A model generated the notes under the pieces. That model saw nothing but the letters and a program-made list of their open reading frames with translations. It was not told where the DNA came from and did not search any database. From assembly GCA_018646625.1 (NCBI GenBank), contig JABGUJ010000003.1, positions 228,509 to 292,508 of the forward strand: a stretch of DNA of 64,000 nucleotides. The letters run 5' to 3'. The DNA is from Candidatus Woesearchaeota archaeon. GTDB taxonomy: Archaea > Nanobdellota > Nanobdellia > Woesearchaeales > JABGUJ01. Positions 54,931 through 64,000 of the stretch are shown piece after piece. The position numbers and the translations under genes are program-made. The first letter of the stretch is position 1; each line of letters opens with the position of its first letter.

Positions 54931-57900
54931 ATGGCAGAAAGAAAACAATTAAGACAATTATTCGCATTGATTTGCATCGTAGTAATGCTTTTCGCAAACG
55001 CACAGTTCGCATTAGCAGGTGCATCACCAATAACAACCTCTGCAAGTGTACTTACCAGTCCATTGTTAATTAACCAACCCATCTCTATCAGAGTTTCTGC
55101 ATCCGATCTAGATGATAACGTTAATTCACTAAAACTAGCAAGAATCGAATTAGGATCTCAAACAGAACAACAATACTATTACGGATGTAGTAGTGGCAGT
55201 TGTACTCATGATTTTGTTATTTACCACAACACTCCCGGTACTTACGAATACACAGCATTTGGTAGAAACGCAATCAATCAAATTAGCGCAACATCATTCA
55301 CAATCACAGTTAGCGAAGCAGCAAGCATTGACAGCTTCACCGTTAAAGCAAAAGCTTACGATCTAACAACTACAGCATCAATCAACCCATTCACATTCAA
55401 CGTATTTAACGAAAACGAAAACTACATAACTGGAACTACAGGAAATCCTGAAGCAGCAGTATACAATATTGACAGCAACGCAGTATTAAATTTAGAATAT
55501 CTAGCAGATGGATACGAAAGAGATGGAGACATGGCATATTTTGATGCAGATCTATCTACTTGTTCAGGTTCAAGCTGTTCAGTTAGTAGTAATGGGTATT
55601 CAACTGATTGTACTTTCATCACTGCAAATAGCAGATGGACTTGTACAGTAGACAACATTGGTGGCGGAACTTTTGATTACCAATACAAAAAAGAAGGCAG
55701 CCAAGATGTTATTTATTTATACAATAATATGCTAGAGGAAGCAGCAGCCCTCCCTCCTGCAATTGTAGGATTCCCTGATTCAATCACAATCCACGAAGGA
55801 AGTTATAGCGATTTCTACTTACTAGACAACTATGTAATTGATGAAGATACCAGCTTTGCATATTTAGACTGGAGCATTTCATATGATTCACAAATTGGAT
55901 ACAATCTAGATTCTGAAAAAGTAAGATTCTATGCAAAGAACTCAGACTACCACGGAACTAGAACATTAACACTTACAGTAGAAGATCCAGAAGGCGGAGA
56001 AGATACTCATGATGTTGACATTGTTGTAGAAAACATTAATGACGCACCAGTACTTGCACCTCTTTCAGATGTAGAAATTGATGAAAACGAAACTGCAACT
56101 TTTACAGTTAGTGCAACAGACTCTGATCTAGACGATTTAACATATTCATACATTTCAGGTCTAACTTTAACTGAAGGCAGCCTAAACACTTACAGCTACA
56201 CTTCAACTTATGATGATGTAACAACTGGAGCATACGAAGAATATCAAGTTGAATTCAAAGTAGAAGACGGAAATGGTGGCGAAGACACTGAAACTGTTAC
56301 AATCAAAATTAATCATGTAAACAGAGCACCAACTTTAGACTCTGTAGAAATAACACCTCTTAGCCCAGTATTAGATGAAACACTAACTTGTTCATACACT
56401 GGACTAAATGATGAAGATGTTCAAGACACACCAGTTGTCCAATATGAATGGCGACTTAATGACGCAATGTTCCTATCAGGAGAAAGCGCCAGCACTCTAG
56501 ATCTTTCATTAATTGACGAAGTAATTGGAGACGAAATAACATGTATTGCAACTCCTAATGATGGAACTATAGATGGTGAAAGCAAACAAGCTACTGTAAC
56601 TGTAGTAGATGCTAGCAGCCCAATCATACATTCAATTGACGTAACTCAGCCAGCATACATTGGAAATACTTTAACATTTAGCGCGACTGTAACTGATGAC
56701 ATCTCAGTCAGCGAAGTAACATTCACAATTAACTCAATCGCATATTCAAGCGAATTAACACAAGTAGGACAATTATACACTCTACAACTTAGTGCAGAAA
56801 GCATCGGTGTTGGAACATTTAACTTCAGAGTTGACGCAGAAGACAACTCAGGTAACGCAGCAACACCTCAAGACATGAATTTTACTATTGAAAATGAACA
56901 AGTTATTCCTGTAATCCAAGAAGTACTTGCAGTTCCTAGTTCAGTAGTTCAAGGAAACGATGTACAGCTTAGAGCAAGAGTAACTGATAACGACGCAGTA
57001 TCATCTGTAGAAGTAACATTTAACGGAATCACATTAGGTATGAGTTCAATTGGTGGAGATTGGTATCAAGCAACCATCTCAACTACAACTCTGGCACCTA
57101 ACACATATACATTTACTGTTAATGCAGAAGATAACGTAGGAAACGCAGCAGTTCCAATGGATGGAACATTCGACGTAACTATATTAGATACTGAAGCTCC
57201 AGTTATTGAAGAAACTAATGCAACACCTAATCCAGTAACTCAAGGAGACGATGTAACTCTTAGTGCAAGAGTAACTGATAATGTTGCAGTCAGTACTGTA
57301 ACTACAACAATCAGTGGAATCACACTTAACGCATTTCCAGCTGGCGGAGATTGGTACGAAGTAACCATCTCAACTCTAGTATTGCCTCTAGGAACTAACC
57401 TATTCTCATTCAACGCAGTAGATAATGAAGGTAATGTAGCTACAACAATTGTTGACTCATTCACAATTGTAGAAGAAGACACTACTGGACCATCTATCTC
57501 AAACATTACTGTAACTCCAAATCCAGTTACTGAAGGTAACATAGTAACCATCACAGTAGTTGTTGATGATATTTCTGGTGTAGATGAAGTTGTTCTAACT
57601 TACGGCACCACAGATGTAACTATGACAAATACTGGTGGAAATACATACTCAGTAGAAATTGACACAACTGGTTTCGCTGCAGCAGAATACACATTTACTA
57701 TTGCAGCTACAGATAATGAAGCTAATATTAATACTGCAGACAGCAGCTTTACTGTTGAAGATGCAGATACTGAAGCACCAGTTATTGAAGAAACTGACGC
57801 AGTTCCTAATCCAGTAACTATTGGAGATGAGGTAACTCTTAGTGCAAGAGTAACTGATAATGTCGCAGTAACTTCTGTAACATTTATTCTAAACGGAATT

Positions 57901-60900
57901 CCATTTACTATGGCCGCTGTTGGAGGAGACTGGTATGAAGCAAATATCGATACTGGCGCTTTGTCGCTAGGAACTCACAATTTCACTGTTAATGCAATTG
58001 ATGCAGAAGATAACAACGCAGTTCCAGTTAACGACACTTTTGAAGTAACTGACGTACCAGATACTGAAGATCCCACTATAGAAGATATTACTTTAACTCC
58101 TAACCCAGTAACTCAAGGAGAAAACGTTACAGTATTAGTTAAAGCATCTGACAACACAGGTGTCGATACAGTTACTGCAGAAATTGATGGAGTTGAATAC
58201 AATTTACCTCTAAACGCAGCAGGACATTACGTAGTTGATGTTGACAGCTCAAGCCTGGCACCCGGAAACTACACAGTCACTATCACCGTTACAGACGCAG
58301 CTGGAAACAGCGTAGTAGATACTAGCAACACATTGGAAGTTCTTCCTGGAATTGTAGTAGATGCTGAAGCTCCAGTTATTGAAGAAGTTGAAGCAACTCC
58401 TAACATAGTAACTCAAGGAGATAGTATAGCAATTGGAGCAAAAGTAACTGATAATATTGCAGTAACATATGTATTATTCACTCTAGATGGAGTATCACTA
58501 GAGATGTCTTCAGTTGGTGGAGATTGGTATCAAGCAACCATCGGCACAGCAACTTTAGCACCAGGATCACACACATTCACAATTAACGCAAATGATGCAG
58601 AAGGAAACAATGCATTACCAGTTAACGGCACATTCACTGTTGAAGAAGATGTAGACAGCGAAGCACCTGTATTCATTGATACTACCATCCCAACTAACAC
58701 AATCAATCTAGGAGATGGATTCACACTCGAAGCAGAAGTTACTGACAATGTCGCAGTTGACGATGTAAGAGTATCATTCGGAGTTGGCAGCATAAACATG
58801 CCTAACTTAGGAGGAGATGATTACGGAGCAGGACTCAACTCAAGCTCATTAGGTGTGGGAATATTCTCAGTACAAATGACTGCAGAAGACACATCAGGAA
58901 ACATAGCTTACGAATACGCAGGATTAATCTCTATCATAGACAATTCTACAAATTCAAGCGATGATCACGAAGCTCCACTTATTACAATAACCAGTCCAGT
59001 ACAAGATGCAACTTACAATTACACAGACATCTTAGTTAGCATTTCAGCTACAGATAACGTAGGAGTATCATATATTAGATACTCAGTTAACGGAGCACCA
59101 TTTGTTCCATACACCAGCATTACAACCGAAAGCTTTGTTGACATGCAAGAAAACACACTAGAAGTTGTTGCAAATGATGTTGCAGGAAATGTAGCATATG
59201 CACAAATAACATTCTTAGTTAATACTTCAAGTAACAACGAAAATGGAACTGATGATTCATTCCCTGTTGCTACACTAATTACAACACCAGAATCAGGAGA
59301 AGCCCCACTAAATGTTGCATTCAATTGCTTCGTTAATGGCGGAGATTCAAGCTATGATTTTGAAATGAACTACAACGACAGCACAGCATCAGACATGGTA
59401 AACAACACACTTACTACGTTACAAGGATTCTTGCACCAATATACTCTTGCAGGAGATTACGGAGCAGCATGTATTGTTTCAGACGATGATGGAGACTATT
59501 CCATCGCAACAGCAAACATACACGTAACTGCACCACCTCAAGTTAATCATTCCCCCGTTATTGAAATGGTTGGAGCATCACCTAATCCGGTTACCGAAGG
59601 CACAGATGTAAATCTACAAGCAACTGTAACTGATGTTGATGGAGACATGAACCTTGTTCAGTTTGAATTCCAAGGAACATTCTATAACAATGTGTACGAT
59701 GGAGATGATAATTACGAATTTGACTTACCAACTACAGGATTAGCACCTGGAGTATACTACTTCAACGTTGGCGCTGAAGATTTAGCATTCCTAACTGATG
59801 GACCGGTACAAGGAAACTTTACAGTAATTGGAAATATAATTAACGATACAGAAGCACCGGTATTCAACTTTGTAGACTATCCAACTCAAATTGAACTAGG
59901 ACATCCTGCCACATTCAGAGCAAACATAACTGATAATGTTGCTGTAAATGATGCAAGACTAGAAGCATACAACACATGGGCAATGCCAAACGTTGGCAGC
60001 GACTGGTACGAAACTACTCAAATAATTCCCGTCCCAAGTCCAGGATTATACTCCTTCTGGATGGCAGCACAAGATACTTCAGGTAATCTAGGATTTGAAT
60101 ACTTAAGTCCAATCAACTTTACAAACAGCAGCGTTGATCCAAATGAGGATAACGAAGCTCCAACTATCAAAATATACAGTCCAAAGAATAATGCAACTTA
60201 CAACTACACAAATATCAAAGTAAGCATTGATGCTCAGGACAATGCAGGAATTGCTAGCTTAGAATATTCTATTGATGGCACATTACCTCAAGCATATCCT
60301 GGAGTATTTTACTACAACTTTACAGACATGCAAACTCATACTCTAAGAGTTATAGCTATTGACATTGCAGGAAATACAGCAATTGTTGAAATATCATTTG
60401 ATGTTAACACCAGTGCTAACTACACAGAAGGTGTTGATCACTTCCCTGCAGCAACTCTTACAGCAAACGTTACTGAAGGAACTGAACCACTAGACGTACT
60501 ATTTACTTGTGCAACTACTGATGGAGACGCAGACTTCAACTATCATTTATCATTCGGAAACGGTCAAGCACCTGAAGATGTAACTACAAACGCAACTTCG
60601 GCAGAATTCACTTCAACCTACAATCAAGGAGTATACACAGCAGTGTGTAAGCTAACTGATGTAGATGGAGATTATTCGCAAGCAAGCATCAATCTTAACG
60701 TTACAGAAGATCCTAACACAAACCACAGTCCAAGTATTGACGCTGTCGGTTCATCACCTCTTGGTGTTGTAACAGGCAACAATGTAACTTTACAAGCATC
60801 TGTTAGCGACTTAGATAACGACATGAACACAGTATTCTTCGAATTCGAAGGAATCAACTACACAGATTTATACAACGGAGATAACAATTACGAATTTAAC

Positions 60901-63900
60901 TTACCAACTACAGGTCTAGCACCAGGACTATACTACTTCAATGTTTATGCAGAAGATTTAGGACTATTAACTGCAGGACCAGTCATGGGTAGTTTTTTAG
61001 TAATTAATCTAACTCCAATAAACCATCCACCAGTTATCAATGGCGCATTTGCAGTTGCACCAACTACAGAAACACTATTTGCAAACGTAGATTTCTACGC
61101 AGATGTAAGTGATGTAGATAACAACATGGGCTCAGTAACTTTCGAATTTGAAGGTATTAACATGACTGACCTATATAATGGAGATAATGCATACTCCGCA
61201 GGCGTTATTATTGCAAATCTAACTGCAGGAACATACTACTTTAATGTTTACGCAGAAGACTTAACATTCTTAACTGACGGACCAGTACAAGGAAACTTTA
61301 CAGTCTTACCAGCTCCAAGCACAAACAATTCACCAGTTATTGAAAGTGTAAACTCACCATCCGTATTAGAAGGAGATGTTGCAGAGCTTATTGCAAACGT
61401 AACAGACCTAGACAACAACATGGGAACAGTAACATTTACTCTATTCAATACAACTAGTGAAATCGTTTTATTCAATGGAGACACACTATACAACTTTAAC
61501 GTTCCAACTACAGGACTAGCACCTGGCGTATATGCATTTAATGTATATGCAGAAGACACTGCAAGTCTAAGTGATGGACCAGTTTCAAGCAACTTTACAG
61601 TTGTATTCAACCCAGCTCTAAATCACAGTCCAAGCATTGACATGGTTGGCGCATCACCTAATCCAGTTACTGAAGGAAACAACGTAACTTTACAGGCAAC
61701 TGTAAGCGATCTAGATGGTGACATGAATAATACTTACTTTGAATTCCAAGGAGCTAACTACACAAATACATACGATGGAGATGATAATTACGAATTTAAT
61801 CTACCTACTACTGGCTTAGCGGCAGGAACATACTACTTCAACGTTTACGCTGAAGATTTAGCATTCCTAACTGATGGACCTACACAAGGTAGCTTTACAG
61901 TATTAACATCACCATTAAATGATACAGTACCTCCAACAATTTGGGATGTAGATTATCTACAAAACTATGAACTAGGTACTTTGATGACTTTCACAGCTAA
62001 CGTAACTGATGACGGTGGCGTAGCAAATGTTGTTTTAATCACAAGCTTAGGAGAGACTACTTTAGTCCCACTAGGAAACGATTTATTCCAAGCAACTCTA
62101 AACTCTAGTTTATTCGGAGCAGGATTATTCCAGTTCTCAGTAAGAGCTACAGATGTTGCAGGAAATGAGCAACTCGAATTCCTAAACACCATTAACATTA
62201 GTAACAGCAGTGTAAATCCAAATACTGATAACGAAGCACCACAAATTACACTATTCAGTCCAATTGACGGTGCACTATACAATTATACAGACATTTTAGT
62301 ACAGATGCAAGCAACTGACAACGTAGGAGTCAACACATTACAATACTCCATCAACTCAGGAGCATTCCAAGATTACATTGGAGCAATAACTGAAACGTTT
62401 GTTGATTTACAAACTAACACACTACATGTTGTTGCAGAAGATCTTGCAGGAAACACAGCAAGCGTATACATTAGTTTTGACGTTAATACAACTAACAACA
62501 ACACTAATGGAACTACTGACTTGTTCCCTCAAATCTCAATCTCAGCAAACGTTACTGAAGGTCAAGAACCTCTTGACGTAACATTCACTTGTACTGTTAA
62601 TAGCGGCAATCCTGGATACCATTATGGTATTGACTTTGGAAACGGCTTACCAGGACAAGGCGCTGTTACAACAAACACTTCAGTAACTTTCAGTACAACT
62701 TACAACGCAGCAGGACTATATACTGCAATGTGCGAAGTAACAGATGTAGATACTGATTATTCATCAGCACAAATGCAAATCAACGTTAGTGCAGATCCTA
62801 ACCTAAACCACAGTCCAAGTATTGACGCAGTTGGCGCATCACCTACAACAGTAACCGCGGGTGACAATGTAACTCTACAAGCAACTGTAAGCGATCTAGA
62901 TGGCGACATGAATAATACTTACTTTGAATTCCAAGGAGCTAACTACACAAATACATACGACGGAGATGATAATTACGAATTTAATCTACCTACCACAGGC
63001 CTAGCACCAGGAACATACTACTTCAATGTTTACGCAGAAGACCTAGCGTTCCTAACTGATGGACCAGCACAAGGTAGCTTTACGATATTAACAGCTCCAA
63101 GCACAAACAATTCACCAGTTATTGAAAGTGTAAATTCACCATCTGTATTAGAAGGAGATGTTGCAGAGCTTATTGCAAACGTAACAGATCTAGACAACAA
63201 CATGGGAACAGTAACATTTACTCTATTCAACACAACTAGTGAAATCGTTTTATTCAATGGAGACACACTATACAACTTTAACGTTCCAACCACAGGACTA
63301 GCACCGGGTGTATATGCATTCAATGTATATGCAGAAGACGCTGCAAGTCTAAGTGATGGACCAGTTTCAAGTAACTTTACAGTTGTATTTAACCCAGCTC
63401 TAAATCACAGTCCAAGCATTGACGCAGTAGGAGCATCACCTTCAACAGTTGTTGCAGGAGATAACGTAACTCTACAAGCATCCGTTAGTGACTTAGATAA
63501 TGACATGGGAACAGTATTCTTCGAATTCGAAGGAACAAACTATACTGATCTATACAACGGAGATAACTCATACGAGTATAATCTACCAACAACTGGCTTA
63601 GCGGCAGGAGTATACTACTTCAACGTTTACGCTGAAGATTTAGCATTCTTAGCTGACGGACCAGTACAAGGTAGCTTCACCGTTACTAACACATCAGTTA
63701 ACGACACAACTCCAATAGTTAACCTAACAGGTACTCCAACTACTGGATTAAGAGAATTGTCAGTTAGCTTTACTTGTGATGTAACTGAAGGAGAAACTCC
63801 ATATGCATATAACATGGCATTCGGAGATGGAAACTTCGAGACTAGAAGCACAAACTCAACTTCAGAAATATTTGCACACAATTACACAACTGGAGATTAC

Positions 63901-64000
63901 ACTTCAACTTGTACTGTAACAGATGTAGATGGAGACTCAGATGTTGACACTCTCAACATTAATGTAACTCCAAACACTGTACCAATCGCAGACGCAGGAC
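54931..64000 (+). CDS. Giant secreted surface/adhesin protein with cadherin-like, Ig-like and PKD-like repeats (>3020 aa, runs off window)
   Basis: MAERKQLRQLFALICIVVMLFANAQFALAG signal peptide. ENINDAPVL and SATDSD cadherin-like motifs; repeated DTEAPVIEE...ARVTDNVAV...GGDWY modules. Same frame at the window end (NVTPNTVPIADAG). Absent from the ORF track, as expected for an ORF with no stop in the window. Confidence 0.88.
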   Translation, partial: MAERKQLRQLFALICIVVMLFANAQFALAGASPITTSASVLTSPLLINQPISIRVSASDLDDNVNSLKLARIELGSQTEQQYYYGCSSGSCTHDFVIYHNTPGTYEYTAFGRNAINQISATSFTITVSEAASIDSFTVKAKAYDLTTTASINPFTFNVFNENENYITGTTGNPEAAVYNIDSNAVLNLEYLADGYERDGDMAYFDADLSTCSGSSCSVSSNGYSTDCTFITANSRWTCTVDNIGGGTFDYQYKKEGSQDVIYLYNNMLEEAAALPPAIVGFPDSITIHEGSYSDFYLLDNYVIDEDTSFAYLDWSISYDSQIGYNLDSEKVRFYAKNSDYHGTRTLTLTVEDPEGGEDTHDVDIVVENINDAPVLAPLSDVEIDENETATFTVSATDSDLDDLTYSYISGLTLTEGSLNTYSYTSTYDDVTTGAYEEYQVEFKVEDGNGGEDTETVTIKINHVNRAPTLDSVEITPLSPVLDETLTCSYTGLNDEDVQDTPVVQYEWRLNDAMFLSGESASTLDLSLIDEVIGDEITCIATPNDGTIDGESKQATVTVVDASSPIIHSIDVTQPAYIGNTLTFSATVTDDISVSEVTFTINSIAYSSELTQVGQLYTLQLSAESIGVGTFNFRVDAEDNSGNAATPQDMNFTIENEQVIPVIQEVLAVPSSVVQGNDVQLRARVTDNDAVSSVEVTFNGITLGMSSIGGDWYQATISTTTLAPNTYTFTVNAEDNVGNAAVPMDGTFDVTILDTEAPVIEETNATPNPVTQGDDVTLSARVTDNVAVSTVTTTISGITLNAFPAGGDWYEVTISTLVLPLGTNLFSFNAVDNEGNVATTIVDSFTIVEEDTTGPSISNITVTPNPVTEGNIVTITVVVDDISGVDEVVLTYGTTDVTMTNTGGNTYSVEIDTTGFAAAEYTFTIAATDNEANINTADSSFTVEDADTEAPVIEETDAVPNPVTIGDEVTLSARVTDNVAVTSVTFILNGIPFTMAAVGGDWYEANIDTGALSLGTHNFTVNAIDAEDNNAVPVNDTFEVTDVPDTEDPTIEDITLTPNPVTQGENVTVLVKASDNTGVDTVTAEIDGVEYNLPLNAAGHYVVDVDSSSLAPGNYTVTITVTDAAGNSVVDTSNTLEVLPGIVVDAEAPVIEEVEATPNIVTQGDSIAIGAKVTDNIAVTYVLFTLDGVSLEMSSVGGDWYQATIGTATLAPGSHTFTINANDAEGNNALPVNGTFTVEEDVDSEAPVFIDTTIPTNTINLGDGFTLEAEVTDNVAVDDVRVSFGVGSINMPNLGGDDYGAGLNSSSLGVGIFSVQMTAEDTSGNIAYEYAGLISIIDNSTNSSDDHEAPLITITSPVQDATYNYTDILVSISATDNVGVSYIRYSVNGAPFVPYTSITTESFVDMQENTLEVVANDVAGNVAYAQITFLVNTSSNNENGTDDSFPVATLITTPESGEAPLNVAFNCFVNGGDSSYDFEMNYNDSTASDMVNNTLTTLQGFLHQYTLAGDYGAACIVSDDDGDYSIATANIHVTAPPQVNHSPVIEMVGASPNPVTEGTDVNLQATVTDVDGDMNLVQFEFQGTFYNNVYDGDDNYEFDLPTTGLAPGVYYFNVGAEDLAFLTDGPVQGNFTVIGNIINDTEAPVFNFVDYPTQIELGHPATFRANITDNVAVNDARLEAYNTWAMPNVGSDWYETTQIIPVPSPGLYSFWMAAQDTSGNLGFEYLSPINFTNSSVDPNEDNEAPTIKIYSPKNNATYNYTNIKVSIDAQDNAGIASLEYSIDGTLPQAYPGVFYYNFTDMQTHTLRVIAIDIAGNTAIVEISFDVNTSANYTEGVDHFPAATLTANVTEGTEPLDVLFTCATTDGDADFNYHLSFGNGQAPEDVTTNATSAEFTSTYNQGVYTAVCKLTDVDGDYSQASINLNVTEDPNTNHSPSIDAVGSSPLGVVTGNNVTLQASVSDLDNDMNTVFFEFEGINYTDLYNGDNNYEFNLPTTGLAPGLYYFNVYAEDLGLLTAGPVMGSFLVINLTPINHPPVINGAFAVAPTTETLFANVDFYADVSDVDNNMGSVTFEFEGINMTDLYNGDNAYSAGVIIANLTAGTYYFNVYAEDLTFLTDGPVQGNFTVLPAPSTNNSPVIESVNSPSVLEGDVAELIANVTDLDNNMGTVTFTLFNTTSEIVLFNGDTLYNFNVPTTGLAPGVYAFNVYAEDTASLSDGPVSSNFTVVFNPALNHSPSIDMVGASPNPVTEGNNVTLQATVSDLDGDMNNTYFEFQGANYTNTYDGDDNYEFNLPTTGLAAGTYYFNVYAEDLAFLTDGPTQGSFTVLTSPLNDTVPPTIWDVDYLQNYELGTLMTFTANVTDDGGVANVVLITSLGETTLVPLGNDLFQATLNSSLFGAGLFQFSVRATDVAGNEQLEFLNTINISNSSVNPNTDNEAPQITLFSPIDGALYNYTDILVQMQATDNVGVNTLQYSINSGAFQDYIGAITETFVDLQTNTLHVVAEDLAGNTASVYISFDVNTTNNNTNGTTDLFPQISISANVTEGQEPLDVTFTCTVNSGNPGYHYGIDFGNGLPGQGAVTTNTSVTFSTTYNAAGLYTAMCEVTDVDTDYSSAQMQINVSADPNLNHSPSIDAVGASPTTVTAGDNVTLQATVSDLDGDMNNTYFEFQGANYTNTYDGDDNYEFNLPTTGLAPGTYYFNVYAEDLAFLTDGPAQGSFTILTAPSTNNSPVIESVNSPSVLEGDVAELIANVTDLDNNMGTVTFTLFNTTSEIVLFNGDTLYNFNVPTTGLAPGVYAFNVYAEDAASLSDGPVSSNFTVVFNPALNHSPSIDAVGASPSTVVAGDNVTLQASVSDLDNDMGTVFFEFEGTNYTDLYNGDNSYEYNLPTTGLAAGVYYFNVYAEDLAFLADGPVQGSFTVTNTSVNDTTPIVNLTGTPTTGLRELSVSFTCDVTEGETPYAYNMAFGDGNFETRSTNSTSEIFAHNYTTGDYTSTCTVTDVDGDSDVDTLNINVTPNTVPIADAG
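61311..63423 (+). repeat. Near-identical intragenic domain duplications (61311-61641 with 63093-63423; 61684-61898 with 62869-63083)
   Basis: Direct nucleotide comparison gives in-frame offsets of 1782 and 1185 nt; antisense shadow ORFs 61248..61610 and 63030..63323 are almost identical. Confidence 0.85.

Noticed and set aside
54804-63881. Many short ORFs (nearly all - strand) in the ORF track
   Set aside because: Shadows of the giant + strand ORF starting at 54931.
49148-64000. Integrated element at the tRNA cluster
   Set aside because: No integrase and no duplicated tRNA 3' end seen within the window; cannot be excluded beyond it.
1-64000. CRISPR array, transposase or alternative genetic code
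   Set aside because: All repeats seen are coding and in frame with no spacer pattern; no transposase motifs; conserved genes are full length under the standard code.

Overview
Archaeal chromosomal window, AT-rich, most consistent with a DPANN lineage such as Woesearchaeota. Support: archaeal rpl1-rpl10(P0)-rpl12 operon, aIF-1A, SRP54, TATA/BRE promoters, a BHB-intron tRNA, several TrmB/Lrp regulators, and bacterial-type ThrRS and GpsA. It contains a glycogen cluster (GT3 synthase, GT4, GH57, debranching enzyme, PGM, GalT, two DUF5752-like proteins), ppdK, three Dsb/GILT-like oxidoreductases, a tandem nucleotidyltransferase with two paralogous partner genes, three tRNAs, and a surface-protein locus. 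That locus ends in a >3000-aa Ig/cadherin/PKD-repeat ORF that runs off the window and is absent from the ORF track. Most notable: (1) an unannotated 24-aa uORF with five consecutive Thr codons directly upstream of thrS, suggesting leader-peptide control in an archaeon; (2) a tRNA-Thr with an A34 anticodon (AGU) beside tRNA-Thr(GGU); (3) a convergent pair of very basic candidate chromatin proteins, one histone-H1/Hc2-like. No CRISPR array, integrase or transposase was seen. All calls are from motif recognition by eye; no searches were run.
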